The position numbers and the translations under genes were made by a program. Positions 28,247 to 37,586 of a DNA stretch of 64,000 bases are shown in pieces. Position 1 is the stretch's first letter, and each line of letters starts with the position of its first letter. Below the pieces are notes generated by a model, which saw nothing but the letters and a program-made list of their open reading frames with translations, searched no databases and was not told the origin of the DNA. Source of the stretch: an uncultured virus (IMG/VR IMGVR_UViG_3300027022_000002) (Duplodnaviria > Heunggongvirae > Uroviricota > Caudoviricetes); the IMG/VR virus record IMGVR_UViG_3300027022_000002. One strand, written 5' to 3'.

Positions 28247-29305
28247 CTACTGTCTCACCTGCCCATCGTTGCCCCTGGTAGGAGCGTTTCCGTCGGCCGG
28301 TCGGGCATCCGACGATTCGCCGTCGTCGTCGTGGGCGAACACCCCGGCGACCCGGTACACCGCCGACCGGTCGAGGTTGTGCCGGTCGCGGTCGTACCGG
28401 CGGGTGGTGCGCGGGTCCGCGTGCCCGAGGACGTCTTGCACATCGGACAGCGGCGCGCCGGCCGACAGAGCGAGGGTGGCCAGGCTGTGCCGCAGGGAGT
28501 GGTTCGAGATCCGCTCCCACGAGTCGAGCCCCGCCCGTTTCGCCGTACGGCGGACGACGCGGAACGCTTCCGGCTGGTCCATCCGCCGGCGGCTGGTGGT
28601 GGCGAACAGCGGCCCCGGCCAGTCGCCCCGCTCCGTGAGCCAGGCGTCGAGGTCGCGTCCGAGCGGTGGCGGCACCGGCAGCTCCCGCATCTTCCCGCCC
28701 TTGCCCCGGATGCGGACGGTGCGGTGGCCCCGGTTGTGGCCGAGGCTGTCCACGTCCAGCCGCAGCGCCTCACCGACCCGCAACCCGAGTTCGATCATCA
28801 TCCCGAGTAGTGCCGCGTTGCGGCGGGCAGCGCCGCCTGTGGCCCGCCGGGCGGCCCGCATGAACTCTGCCGCCTCGGCCTTGGCTAACCCCACCGTGGG
28901 GGAGTAGTCCCGGTCGACGGGCGGCCGGTCAACCGCCTCCACCGGATTCCTCGCCGCCACGTCGTTGCTGACCAGGTAGGCGTACCAGCTGCTGATGGCG
29001 GACAGCCTGCGGTTCGTCGACGACCGGGCCAGGCCGGCGCAGCGGGCCACCACGAACGCGTCCACGTCGGCGCGCTTCGCCGCACGCGGATCCACCCCGG
29101 TCTCGTCACACCAGGTCAGCCACACGCCCAGGTCCCGCCAGTACGCCTTGCGGGTCGCGTCGGACCGGCGCGACGCCAGCCAGGCCGCGGTGGCGCTGCG
29201 CAGGTTCCACCGGCCCGCGTCCGGCTCGGCGGGCAGCGGCAACGCCCCGACCGCCTGCGAGATCAGGGAGAGAGGGCCCTGGTCGCGTGGGGCGATCTCG
29301 CTCAC
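28247..29305 (-). CDS. Tyrosine recombinase (XerC/D-like)
   Basis: Complete catalytic set: GLRVGE (R), GKGGK (K), HSLRH, LGHAD, TRRY; N-terminal SAM-like domain. Confidence 0.95.
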   Translation of the reverse strand: MSEIAPRDQGPLSLISQAVGALPLPAEPDAGRWNLRSATAAWLASRRSDATRKAYWRDLGVWLTWCDETGVDPRAAKRADVDAFVVARCAGLARSSTNRRLSAISSWYAYLVSNDVAARNPVEAVDRPPVDRDYSPTVGLAKAEAAEFMRAARRATGGAARRNAALLGMMIELGLRVGEALRLDVDSLGHNRGHRTVRIRGKGGKMRELPVPPPLGRDLDAWLTERGDWPGPLFATTSRRRMDQPEAFRVVRRTAKRAGLDSWERISNHSLRHSLATLALSAGAPLSDVQDVLGHADPRTTRRYDRDRHNLDRSAVYRVAGVFAHDDDGESSDARPADGNAPTRGNDGQVRQ

Positions 29306-29574
29306 GGGGTCCACTCCTGCCGGTAGTCGGGGTGCCGGCGGTGGGCTGCCGCGAGGAGCCGCAGCGTCGGGCACGGTGCCGGGTTCTGGTCGTGCAGGCA
29401 GTAGCGTTCCCGCCGGTTCGCTCGGGGGAACCCGGTCCACCGCCGGCCGGACTGGTCGTGCAGCCGCAGCATCTCCCGCTCGGCCGCGACCTTGTCTAGC
29501 TCGCTGGCCGGGTCGTGGAGGATGATGTGGCCCGCCGCCGCCGGGTCCATCTCGGTGATCTCGTAGCCGCCCAT
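29302..29574 (-). CDS. DUF6221-like protein
   Basis: HI..HDPA..L..VAA.R...CPTLRLLA...HPDYRQEW.P. Confidence 0.65.
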   Translation of the reverse strand: MGGYEITEMDPAAAGHIILHDPASELDKVAAEREMLRLHDQSGRRWTGFPRANRRERYCLHDQNPAPCPTLRLLAAAHRRHPDYRQEWTP

Positions 29575-29780
29575 CAGTACCGTTCGACCTTCTTGCCGCG
29601 CTCGCGGGCCGCGACGTGCTCGGCGTTCATCCAGTCCAGTTCTTCGCGGGTGATCTTCCCGTCGACGTGTGCCCAGAACGGGCCTTGGATGTCGGGGTCG
29701 GCGGTGTGCCGGCTGTTCAGCAGCCAGTCGATCGCGTCGTTCCACCGCTTCTCGGATTCCGGATCCGGGTTGTCGCTCAC
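29574..29780 (-). CDS. Hypothetical protein
   Basis: Translationally coupled small ORF. Confidence 0.55.
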   Translation of the reverse strand: MSDNPDPESEKRWNDAIDWLLNSRHTADPDIQGPFWAHVDGKITREELDWMNAEHVAARERGKKVERY

Positions 29781-30409
29781 AGCTGGTTCCTTCCGGTCGT
29801 TACGGGCGTGATGCCCGCGAGGTCTGCGATCTGGTCACCGGCCAGCCGGCCGGCTTCGACCAGGGCGACGGCGACCCGGTCGATCGCGTCCGCGTACCGG
29901 TCGGCGATCTCGGCGGCCCGTAGCCGGGCCGCGACGATCTCGTCAAAGGTGCTACACGCGGCGATCAGTTTCAGGGCATCGTGCCTGCTTCCGCTCGCGA
30001 GGTCGATCAGGTCGGCCTCTTCGGGCTCGCCGGGCAGCAGCAGCCGACGTTCGGCTGCGAACCCGGCCCACAGCCCAGCGGGGACAAGCTGGTCGGGAGG
30101 AAGCGCGATAGAGGTCGTCCCGCCCTGGCCGCCGTTCTTGCCTTCTAGAACGGTGATGTAGTTGACGCCTACGCCGAGGTGTAGATAGGTCACCGCGTGC
30201 CCCGCCTCGTGCACAGCCAAGGCCCGTTTCCAGCCCCCAGCATGGGGCAGCAGGTCCACGGCGGCACCGGCGGGCAGGGCCCTGTACGCGCGCCTGCAGT
30301 CGGGGCACATGCCCCACAGCGCCGGCCACATCAGGGTTTCGGCGATCTCCTTGCGGTGCCCGGCGCAGACGAAGTCCCGGACCCGGGCACCCTCAGCGAA
30401 GACGTACAC
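29777..30409 (-). CDS. Zincin metallopeptidase-like (M41-like) protein
   Basis: AVHEAGHAV, AG..AE.RLL, VAVALVEAGRL.G. Confidence 0.75.
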   Translation of the reverse strand: MYVFAEGARVRDFVCAGHRKEIAETLMWPALWGMCPDCRRAYRALPAGAAVDLLPHAGGWKRALAVHEAGHAVTYLHLGVGVNYITVLEGKNGGQGGTTSIALPPDQLVPAGLWAGFAAERRLLLPGEPEEADLIDLASGSRHDALKLIAACSTFDEIVAARLRAAEIADRYADAIDRVAVALVEAGRLAGDQIADLAGITPVTTGRNQL

Positions 30410-30411
30410 GG

Positions 30412-30825
30412 TCAGCTCTCCTGGCTGTCGTTCAGGTACAGCTGGTCGGCGGCTTGGAACGCCGCGCCGAGCGCGGCGACCAGCCGGGCGGTGGACTCGC
30501 AGCCCAGCTCGTCGGCGGCCCGCTCGGCGAGGACGCGCGGGTCTCCACCGATCGCGCTGGTCGCCAGGTTCGGGTGGTCGCGGAAGGCGGTCATTCGGGA
30601 GCCGAGTTGGTCGAGCAGCTGGGGGAGCCGGACCAGCGCGGTCCGGAGCGAGTCGATCACGGAGGCTGCGGTGCTCGGGTCCGGGATCGCGGCGGCGGGG
30701 CCGTCGAGCGTGGCGCGGTTGAGGTACCGGACCAGTTCGGCGATCTCGGCGGCGGCGGCCATGGTGTGTTCCCAGTCGCGTTTCCCGTACGGGTGCAGCT
30801 GGTTGACGGCGTCTTCGGCGGTCAC
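30412..30825 (-). CDS. Hypothetical protein
   Basis: AELVRYLNRATL..., coupled to neighbours. Confidence 0.6.
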   Translation of the reverse strand: MTAEDAVNQLHPYGKRDWEHTMAAAAEIAELVRYLNRATLDGPAAAIPDPSTAASVIDSLRTALVRLPQLLDQLGSRMTAFRDHPNLATSAIGGDPRVLAERAADELGCESTARLVAALGAAFQAADQLYLNDSQES

Positions 30826-31169
30826 GGGTGGGTCCCTTCGAGTAGTTCGGTCAGGGCTGCGGTGGTGTCGGCGTCCAGTCCGGCGGGCGCGGGAGCCGGG
30901 TCGATGGCGGTGACCGAGATGGTCCAACCGCGCCACCTCGGCCAGGCGTAGGCGCGCGGGGCCTTGGTGACGGGGTCCACGTCCTGCGACTGCAGCAGGT
31001 CGGGACTGTCGAGCTTCGCGGTGGTCAGCCACGACATGAGGTCGCCGACCGTGTTGAACCGGATGTGCATCTGGCGGGCACCGGTGTGGTCGCTCATGAT
31101 CTCGCTCGGGTTTCCGGCGAGGATGATGAAGGCCATCACCTGCCGGCGGGTGGCGGGCTGCTCGGGCAT
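30822..31169 (-). CDS. Hypothetical protein
   Basis: AAGGAG RBS. Confidence 0.6.
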   Translation of the reverse strand: MPEQPATRRQVMAFIILAGNPSEIMSDHTGARQMHIRFNTVGDLMSWLTTAKLDSPDLLQSQDVDPVTKAPRAYAWPRWRGWTISVTAIDPAPAPAGLDADTTAALTELLEGTHP

Positions 31170-31172
31170 GGT

Positions 31173-31499
31173 TCAGTTCTCCTTCGCGGGTTGGGGGAGT
31201 GTGATTTCGCCCTTGGCGACCAGGTCGCGCACGATCCCGTGGCCGAGGGACACAAGCCGCCACCGGGTCGCCCCGGGGATGTCGCGCAGGGCGTCGTTGC
31301 CGACCCGCTGCAGCGGGCTGGCCTTCGCGCGGTACCGCCAGAACCGCCCGCCGGTCGTGAAGATCATGGTTCGGGTGAGCCGTTCGACCTTGACGGCCTC
31401 GCCCATGTAGCTGCCGCCGCCGAGGTGGGCGACCATGACGGCCGTCTTCCCCACGGCGTACCACTGCTCATGGCCGTCCAGTTCCGGGCGATTGGTCAT
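31173..31499 (-). CDS. Hypothetical beta-barrel-like protein
   Basis: MTNRPELDG...VKVERLTRTMI. Confidence 0.55.
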   Translation of the reverse strand: MTNRPELDGHEQWYAVGKTAVMVAHLGGGSYMGEAVKVERLTRTMIFTTGGRFWRYRAKASPLQRVGNDALRDIPGATRWRLVSLGHGIVRDLVAKGEITLPQPAKEN

Positions 31500-31501
31500 G
31501 G

Positions 31502-31693
31502 TCAGTCGCTCTCGTGCCAGTCGTACTTGATGTCGGTCAGCGCGTCGACGGCTTCCGTGAACCGCTGCCGGCGGGTCATGGCGTCCCACGCCGAACGCGG
31601 GTACTCGACCCGGGCGGTGGTTCCGGCGTCGCCGAGGCGAGCCGTGAAGGTGATGGTCACGATGTCCTCCCGGTCGGGACTCTCTCCACTCAT
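31502..31693 (-). CDS. Hypothetical protein (leaderless)
   Basis: ATG 7 nt after the minus-strand -10 TATCAT. Confidence 0.5.
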   Translation of the reverse strand: MSGESPDREDIVTITFTARLGDAGTTARVEYPRSAWDAMTRRQRFTEAVDALTDIKYDWHESD

Positions 31694-31727
31694 GCCACAC
31701 ATGATAACAGTAATTATCATGTGTGGC
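31694..31727. promoter_or_regulatory. Perfect 14-bp inverted repeat operator over the promoter
   Basis: GCCACACATGATAA-cagtaa-TTATCATGTGTGGC. Confidence 0.75.
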
Positions 31728-31918
31728 TAGTGGCACGCCGGGGCCACCCGAAATCAGCCCGACGACCACCCCGACGCCAGGTCGACGCACCCGACGTACC
31801 GGGGCCAGCCTTGCACCCGCAAGCCCTGCGATCGATACGGGTCGACTGAGCCGGGACACATCGGCTAGGATGCTTCCTAGGATGGACCCGTCTGGAAGGG
31901 GCCGCAGGGAGCGTCGCC

Positions 31919-32191
31919 ATGGCCGTACAGATCGCACCCGATCTCGTGACCGGGCACACCACTCGCCTGCGGACGGTGTACGTCCAGGCGTGTCAGGCCG
32001 CCCTGGCCGACCGCACCCGGGCCGGCGCGTGCTCGTGCTCCCCCGACGCCGTCGTGGTGCTCACCGATGTGAGCCACGACCACCGGGGCCGGCGGGTCCA
32101 CGTCTCGGCCGAGTGCCAGGCGTGCCGCGGCGAGGCGGCGGCGTACGGTCGGCCCGACCGGCGGCCCGTACAGCCGCGGCTCATCGCGTAA
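31919..32191 (+). CDS. Small Cys-containing protein
   Basis: AGGGAG RBS, CSC...CQAC. Confidence 0.45.
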   Translation: MAVQIAPDLVTGHTTRLRTVYVQACQAALADRTRAGACSCSPDAVVVLTDVSHDHRGRRVHVSAECQACRGEAAAYGRPDRRPVQPRLIA

Positions 32192-32445
32192 CCGTTCGGT
32201 AGCTGCCGGTAGCCTCGCCGTGACCGCAGTGGGCTGCCGTGGCAGAGGCGTTCCAGCAGGTGGCTTCACTTCTCGCCCGAGGCGAACCAGACCCGGCGGC
32301 GACCTGCCGGGTTGAGCAAGCACCGCCCCGCAACCTCGGTTGCGGGGCGGTGCCGGTCTGTTTCATTGACCTGCCCGGGTGTGTGACGGCAGGCTTCTCG
32401 CGGGCTGACCGTACCCGGCTGGGGTGCGGGGTGTCGACCCCGCGT

Positions 32446-33270
32446 TCAGAGCGAGGCGAGGAGTTCCCGTACCTGCCGGTCGGCGTCGGGGTGGCCGCTC
32501 CCCCACGCGACGGTGACCGTGTCCTGCCCGGGAAGGCGGCGGGCGTGGTCGCGGTCGGCGAGGAGTGTTTCCAACGCGGACGCGGCCAGGTCTCCGCAGG
32601 GCACACACACCGGCAGGTGTGCGTCGGGGCGGGTCCGCTCGTGGAGGGTGAGCACCGCGAGCTGCGCGTGGTGCTCGGCTCCGGGAAGCAGACGCGGGGG
32701 GATCGAGTTGGGCAGGGTCTTCGCGAGCCGGGCGACGGTGCCGCAGGCGACGCATACGCCGTCGGCCGCGCCTTTCGCGTGGGCGACGATGTCGACCCAG
32801 CGTGCCGCCACCTCTTGTAGTTCGTGGAGCCATACGCCGTTGACGCGGATGCCGATGGTGTCCTTCGGGCCGAGGCCGGCGGGGGCGTCGATCTCGTTGC
32901 CGACGCCGTCGGCAACGAGGAAGGCTGCGGTGATGGCCGGGTGGGTGTCGGGCCCGCGCAGGAGGGACCGCATCTGCGCCCAGAACGCTTCAGCCCGGGT
33001 GCGGGCCTTGGCGGGGGTGATCGTCCCTCCGGGGGTGCCGATCACATAGGAGGCGTTGTCGACGCACAGGATCGGGGCGGTGCCGGCGGTGCGGTGGATC
33101 TGGGGTGCCCACATGCGCTGCCCGGGGCGGGTGATGGTGGCGGCGTGTCGGCCGGCGGGGTCCGCGTTGAGGTCGAGGACCCAGTCGATCCGGCGGTCCC
33201 GGTAGCAGGGCGGCGGCACCTGGTCGCGGTGCTCGTGGGCGTACCGGACGAGGTTGCGAAACAGGTTCAA
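32446..33270 (-). CDS. cas8c: Truncated, orphan type I-C Cas8c/Csd1-like protein
   Basis: Colinear motifs of the actinobacterial Cas8c N-terminal half: L..LV.YA, PP.Y....I.W.L.L, P.I.RT.G.AP.L.VD...YV.G, C..CG....L.KT.P..IP.RL.PGA, P(V/I)C..CG..A..AL..LL....H..RL.GQDT...W. The ORF ends at 274 aa. Confidence 0.75.
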   Translation of the reverse strand: MNLFRNLVRYAHEHRDQVPPPCYRDRRIDWVLDLNADPAGRHAATITRPGQRMWAPQIHRTAGTAPILCVDNASYVIGTPGGTITPAKARTRAEAFWAQMRSLLRGPDTHPAITAAFLVADGVGNEIDAPAGLGPKDTIGIRVNGVWLHELQEVAARWVDIVAHAKGAADGVCVACGTVARLAKTLPNSIPPRLLPGAEHHAQLAVLTLHERTRPDAHLPVCVPCGDLAASALETLLADRDHARRLPGQDTVTVAWGSGHPDADRQVRELLASL

Positions 33271-33529
33271 CGGGGTTGCCTTTCAGTTGGGGCGGGGCAG
33301 GAAGGCGGGCCGGGCGGCGGCCGGGTCCAGCGGTAGGCGTTCGACCGGCCGGTTGAGCCAGGTCCGGGACGGATCCCCACGCGATCCCGCCGTGGTTGTC
33401 GACCAGCGCGGGAGCGGTGTGTACGCGAGTCGGTGACCCTTGTCCTCTTCGCCGTGGTGCGCGGCGTGGGCGCGCGGTGCGGCTCGGATTCCGGCCGGCG
33501 TGGTCGGCCGGTTGCCAGCGTACAGACAC

Positions 33530-33591
33530 TCTGGATTGTCGTCAATCCAGACGTTGCACCGCTTGTGATGTTGGATTATCGGACGTAGCCT
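33530..33591. promoter_or_regulatory. Divergent promoter/operator region
   Basis: TCTGGATTG-tcgt-CAATCCAGA palindrome; TAGCCT -10 lies 6 nt before GTG 33598. Confidence 0.55.
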
Positions 33592-33597
33592 GATGGG

Positions 33598-34617
33598 GTG
33601 ACAGATTCGACAGAACCAGCCGCCGACGGGACGCAGGGCGTCGACGCGGCGCGACAGGTGGTGGAGGCCCACCGGCAGCGAACCCTGCGAGATCTGGCCG
33701 CCTACGCGGCCATCCGACGATCTGACCTGGTCGCCGCCGCGTGGCGGGCAGGCAACCGCGACGTGCCCCAGCTCGCCGAGGCGGCCCGCGTCAACCGGTC
33801 GACGATCTACGTCGACCTCGCCGCACACGACATCGACCCGCGAGAGGAACGAAAGATGCCCGAAGCCGTTGAGATCCCGCCGCCCGGGTGGCGGCACCCC
33901 AACCTGACCCGGGTCGTCCGCGTCCCGGCCCCGCTCGGCCAGGTCCGGTACGAGTACACGTTCGCCCGGCCGTTCACCCGCCGCGACCCCGACCCCGCCA
34001 CTGTCGAATCCCAGAGCGACCGCGGCGGCGTGCGGACGATGGACGACGTCTACCAGGCAGACCGGGAGCGCCGCGAGGTGCGGCACCGGTGGGCGCTGGA
34101 CGTTCTCCCCGCGCTGGTTCGGTCGCTGCTCGACGGCGGGTCCGTGCCGGAGATAGGCGTGCACGCGGTGTGGTCCGACGACCAGAAGCCCGCCTCCCGG
34201 TGGGTCGCCTACGCGGCTACCCGGGACGCCCTGACTGCCGCCTACCGAGAGTTGGACGCCACGCCCGACACCATGTGGCGGGCGGCGCTGCTGCGGGTCC
34301 ACGATGCCAAGCAGCCCGCTGTCGACGCGGCCCACGCCTGGGATCAGGCCGGCGTGAAGTTCGCCAAGCTCGCCGGGTGGCTGCGGGGCAAGCTCGACTC
34401 CGAGCGGTACCCGGTCGAGTGGAAAGAGGTCGAGAAGGCCGCCGAGGCGTGCGGCGTCGACATCAGCGGCTGGGCGATCGGCGACGTCGACGACTACGAG
34501 CGGTCCGGCTGGGACGGTCGGCCGGCTTCACCGGCCGTCCGCGAGATCAGCGAAATCATCAGCAAGGGTGACGCCCGGATCCGGGCGGTCGCCGAACTGG
34601 CCGGGGAGGCGCGATGA
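33598..34617 (+). CDS. HTH-containing hypothetical protein
   Basis: RSDLVAAAWRAG..DVPQLAEAARVNRSTIYVDL. Confidence 0.7.
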   Translation: MTDSTEPAADGTQGVDAARQVVEAHRQRTLRDLAAYAAIRRSDLVAAAWRAGNRDVPQLAEAARVNRSTIYVDLAAHDIDPREERKMPEAVEIPPPGWRHPNLTRVVRVPAPLGQVRYEYTFARPFTRRDPDPATVESQSDRGGVRTMDDVYQADRERREVRHRWALDVLPALVRSLLDGGSVPEIGVHAVWSDDQKPASRWVAYAATRDALTAAYRELDATPDTMWRAALLRVHDAKQPAVDAAHAWDQAGVKFAKLAGWLRGKLDSERYPVEWKEVEKAAEACGVDISGWAIGDVDDYERSGWDGRPASPAVREISEIISKGDARIRAVAELAGEAR

Positions 34618-34978
34618 GCTGGAAAAACCCGATGCGCCCTTCCAAGGAGGTGCTCGAGCACCGAGCGAAGGTCGCCGAGCAGGACCGGCAGTGGCGGGAA
34701 CAGGGATGGCAGGAGTCCGGCGCGGACCCCGACGAGCGTCACGGGTGGGGCCTCGACGAGCAGCCCACGGGCGATGAGGGCTGATGAGTGAGCAGAAGGT
34801 TCCCTCCGGGCCGCAGCCTTTGCGACCCGGAGGGAACCTGTACCACAGCCGGGTGCGGCGCGAGCTGGCCGGGCGTTCGCTGGCGTGCTGGTGTCCGCTG
34901 GACGGGTTGCCGTGCCATCGGGACACGCTGCTGCTGGTTGTGGCCGGCGGTGAGCCGTAGCAGCCGCCAACGAGGGGG

Positions 34979-35473
34979 TCAGGGTTCGTCGCGGACCCTG
35001 ACCCCCTCGTTGACGTAAAACATCTCGTACTCGCGGTACTGCTGGTCGAGACGCTCCATCTGGTGGCGGACCACTTCGACCCACTGGTCACTGCCGCAGC
35101 ATCCCCGCTGGCCGGTGGCGATGATCGACCACACCTCTTTGTGCATGTGCTGCACCAGTTCCACGGCGCGCGGTGACAGCGGCAGGAACGCGGCCTGCGG
35201 GTGGTGGTAGGTGAACGCGACCGGCCCGACGAGCGGGTGCCCCGCGCCGCCAGCGACGCCGATCGCGGCGGCGACCAGCGTGCCGTGTGGGTTGCGTGGT
35301 CGGGCGTTGTCGATGCCGTCGGCGTCGACCCACGCGCGCACCTCGACGTCGTCGAGCCGGATTGGGGCGATGTTGGCGGCGTGAAGCCGGGCCGCGATGG
35401 TCGCCCTGGTGGGGCGGCCGTCGACGAGGACGAGTTCGCCTGACGGCGGAATGACCACCCACTGTGGCGTCAC
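34979..35473 (-). CDS. DUF3846-like protein
   Basis: WVVIPPSG...AWVDADG....RPRN...LVGPVAFT. Confidence 0.55.
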   Translation of the reverse strand: MTPQWVVIPPSGELVLVDGRPTRATIAARLHAANIAPIRLDDVEVRAWVDADGIDNARPRNPHGTLVAAAIGVAGGAGHPLVGPVAFTYHHPQAAFLPLSPRAVELVQHMHKEVWSIIATGQRGCCGSDQWVEVVRHQMERLDQQYREYEMFYVNEGVRVRDEP

Positions 35474-36087
35474 TTCTTCTCCCCCGTGAGGTAGGCGCGC
35501 AGGGTATGCGATGCCTTCAGCGAGCGGATGCCGAGGTCTGTGGCTTTCGACCAGCCGCCCAGCTGGTTGATGGCGTGGGCGGTCAGCGGCGGCAGAGCCA
35601 GGGCCGGCGGGGTGATGGTGTGGCCGGTGCACCAGCCGTAGATGATGAGCGTCAAGATGTCGACGCTGTCGGGGCGACTGCGTGCCGTGCCGCCGGTCTG
35701 AACGATGGTGTCCGCGCCAAAGCTGGCCAGCACCCACAGGGCGTCGCCAGCATCGGTGCCGATCGCCCCGGCCACCGGGTTGATTCGGTGACTGGTGTGG
35801 ATGTTGAACAGTGCGGCGGCGAGGGAGCCGACCGCGTGGTGTGCGGCGGCGATCAGCGCGGCGATGACGGTGTGCTGACTGTTGGTGTCAGCCGGCACCA
35901 CGTCGAGAATGGGCGGGCCGTGGCGGCGGTGCAGCTGGGTGCGGGTGAGCGCCTGGTCCGGGTCGTTGTGGTCGCCGGCCGGCACGTACAGGCCGTCGTC
36001 GCGGGTGGCCCATCCGTAGCCGTGGCGGTCAACGGCGTCGGGTGTTCGGGTTTCTGCGCTGCTGGTGGTGCTGTTCCCCCGGTGCAT
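35470..36087 (-). CDS. Hypothetical protein
   Basis: AAAGGA RBS, GTGA coupling. Confidence 0.55.
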   Translation of the reverse strand: MHRGNSTTSSAETRTPDAVDRHGYGWATRDDGLYVPAGDHNDPDQALTRTQLHRRHGPPILDVVPADTNSQHTVIAALIAAAHHAVGSLAAALFNIHTSHRINPVAGAIGTDAGDALWVLASFGADTIVQTGGTARSRPDSVDILTLIIYGWCTGHTITPPALALPPLTAHAINQLGGWSKATDLGIRSLKASHTLRAYLTGEKK

Positions 36088-36352
36088 GGTGGTTCCTTTG
36101 GTGTGTGGGCGTGGCGCGCTTGTGGAGCACGGTGACGCCGTCGGGTTGGATGAACAGGGTTCGCTGGTCGACGGCGTCGCCGGCATCGTCGAGTTCGTAT
36201 CCGTCGATCCACAGCCACCCCTCGTAGGTGGTCCAGTCGTGGATTCGGGTGACTCGTAGCCGGATCGGGGCGTGCGCGAACTGCACGGACGCTGCCCGAC
36301 CGAGGAGGACGGTGTCTCCGGTTCTGAACGGCACGTTGAAGGACGCGGGCAC
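36029..36352 (-). CDS. Small conserved Micromonosporaceae-type hypothetical protein
   Basis: GD...GRAASVQF..PIR.RV.RIHDW.TY.GW.W.DGYEL...GDAV..R..F motif. Confidence 0.7.
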   Translation of the reverse strand: MPASFNVPFRTGDTVLLGRAASVQFAHAPIRLRVTRIHDWTTYEGWLWIDGYELDDAGDAVDQRTLFIQPDGVTVLHKRATPTHQRNHHAPGEQHHQQRRNPNTRRR

Positions 36353-36407
36353 GGGACGGCTCCTGGAAAGGGTCAGGTCACCTCTCCCGGCCGTGTCCTC
36401 GCGCAGG

Positions 36408-36842
36408 TCAGGTGACGGTGAACGTGTCGCGGCAGATCGGCGGATCCCCGGGGGCGGGACGGGCCGGTGCCGGTAGCGAGTTGGGTGTGGCGGTGGCGGC
36501 GAGGACCGCGCGCATGACGACGTCGGCGTTGTGGTGGCCGATCGCCTGCAGGGCCTTGCCGAGGCTGCCGATGGCGATCGCGGCTGCGATGCCGAGCGCG
36601 GCGGCGTCGGGGCCAGTCGGGTCGTCGCCGGGTGCGGGGATGCCTGCGAGGGTTGTCCAGTCGACGTCGCCGTGGTCGGTGATGTGCGCCCGGACGGCCG
36701 GCAGGTCGAGAAGGCCGCGGTCTCCGTTTCGGTATCCGGTGAGGATGAGCGCGGCGGCGATGCCGCGCGGGTTGGCGGTCAGGTGGGCTGCGCGGACGGC
36801 CGTCTCGGCCAGGTCGTCCGCGCTCACGGTGGCGTGAGCCAT
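36408..36842 (-). CDS. Hypothetical protein
   Basis: AGGAG RBS. Confidence 0.6.
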   Translation of the reverse strand: MAHATVSADDLAETAVRAAHLTANPRGIAAALILTGYRNGDRGLLDLPAVRAHITDHGDVDWTTLAGIPAPGDDPTGPDAAALGIAAAIAIGSLGKALQAIGHHNADVVMRAVLAATATPNSLPAPARPAPGDPPICRDTFTVT

Positions 36843-37124
36843 GGGTTAGCTCCTGTGCTGGTGGTGTGCCTGGGCGACGCCGCGCCGGGGCCGGTGGCCG
36901 AGGGGTGTCGGCTGGTGCGGAGGGCTTCGCCGCCTGGGGCGGTGTCCGGTCTTCCTGACGGTCGGTAGCCCTTTCCCTACCGTCAGGCATTCGCCAACTT
37001 ACGGCATCGGCTGCATTGGCGCTATGGCCGATGGTGCCGGTGCGTAGTCTTTGCGGGGCGCCGTGTGTTGGACGACACGGCAACACAATCGGCACGCGTG
37101 GAAGTTCCATGCCGGACGGTTGGG

Positions 37125-37541
37125 TTAGTTTTCGGGCAGATTCCGGGCGGGGCGGCCGGAGGCTGCCCGCAACGCCTCGTAGGCGAGTCGCAGGAACCGG
37201 CCAGCCGCCGCGCGGCCGTCGGAGATCGGGCCGACCAGCCCGGCCTCGTTGCATCGGTCCAGGGCGCGGATCATGGCGGCTTGGCCTCGGCAGCCTGCGG
37301 TGGCGCGGACCTGGTCGCGGCCGGCGGCGAGAAGGCAGTCCACGCAGCGGGCACAGTGGCGGGTCGGGCACAGCGGGGGCACCGCGTCACCGGGGCCGGT
37401 GTGGGAGGCGGCCCGTACGGCCGCGTCGGCGAGGATGAGCGCCGCGAACAGTTCGGGCAGGTCAACGCTGTCTACGTTGACCTGCCCGCGTGCGCTGGCA
37501 CCCGGCTGGGGGCCTGGGGAAGAAGGCATCGGATGCCGCAC
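37125..37541 (-). CDS. Hypothetical protein (start uncertain)
   Basis: Cys-containing helical C-terminal part. Confidence 0.4.
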   Translation of the reverse strand: MRHPMPSSPGPQPGASARGQVNVDSVDLPELFAALILADAAVRAASHTGPGDAVPPLCPTRHCARCVDCLLAAGRDQVRATAGCRGQAAMIRALDRCNEAGLVGPISDGRAAAGRFLRLAYEALRAASGRPARNLPEN

Positions 37542-37586
37542 GATGTCGACGCTACGAACGCGCCGGCATCGTGGTGTTACGTGGTG

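Noticed and set aside
33283..33530. Possible cas5 remnant upstream of the cas8c-like gene
   Set aside because: None of the reading frames shows recognisable Cas5 motifs.
32190..33600. CRISPR array or solitary repeat near the cas8c-like gene
   Set aside because: No repeat-spacer periodicity. GGATCCCCAC at ~33371 only faintly resembles a I-C repeat end and lacks a convincing palindromic stem.
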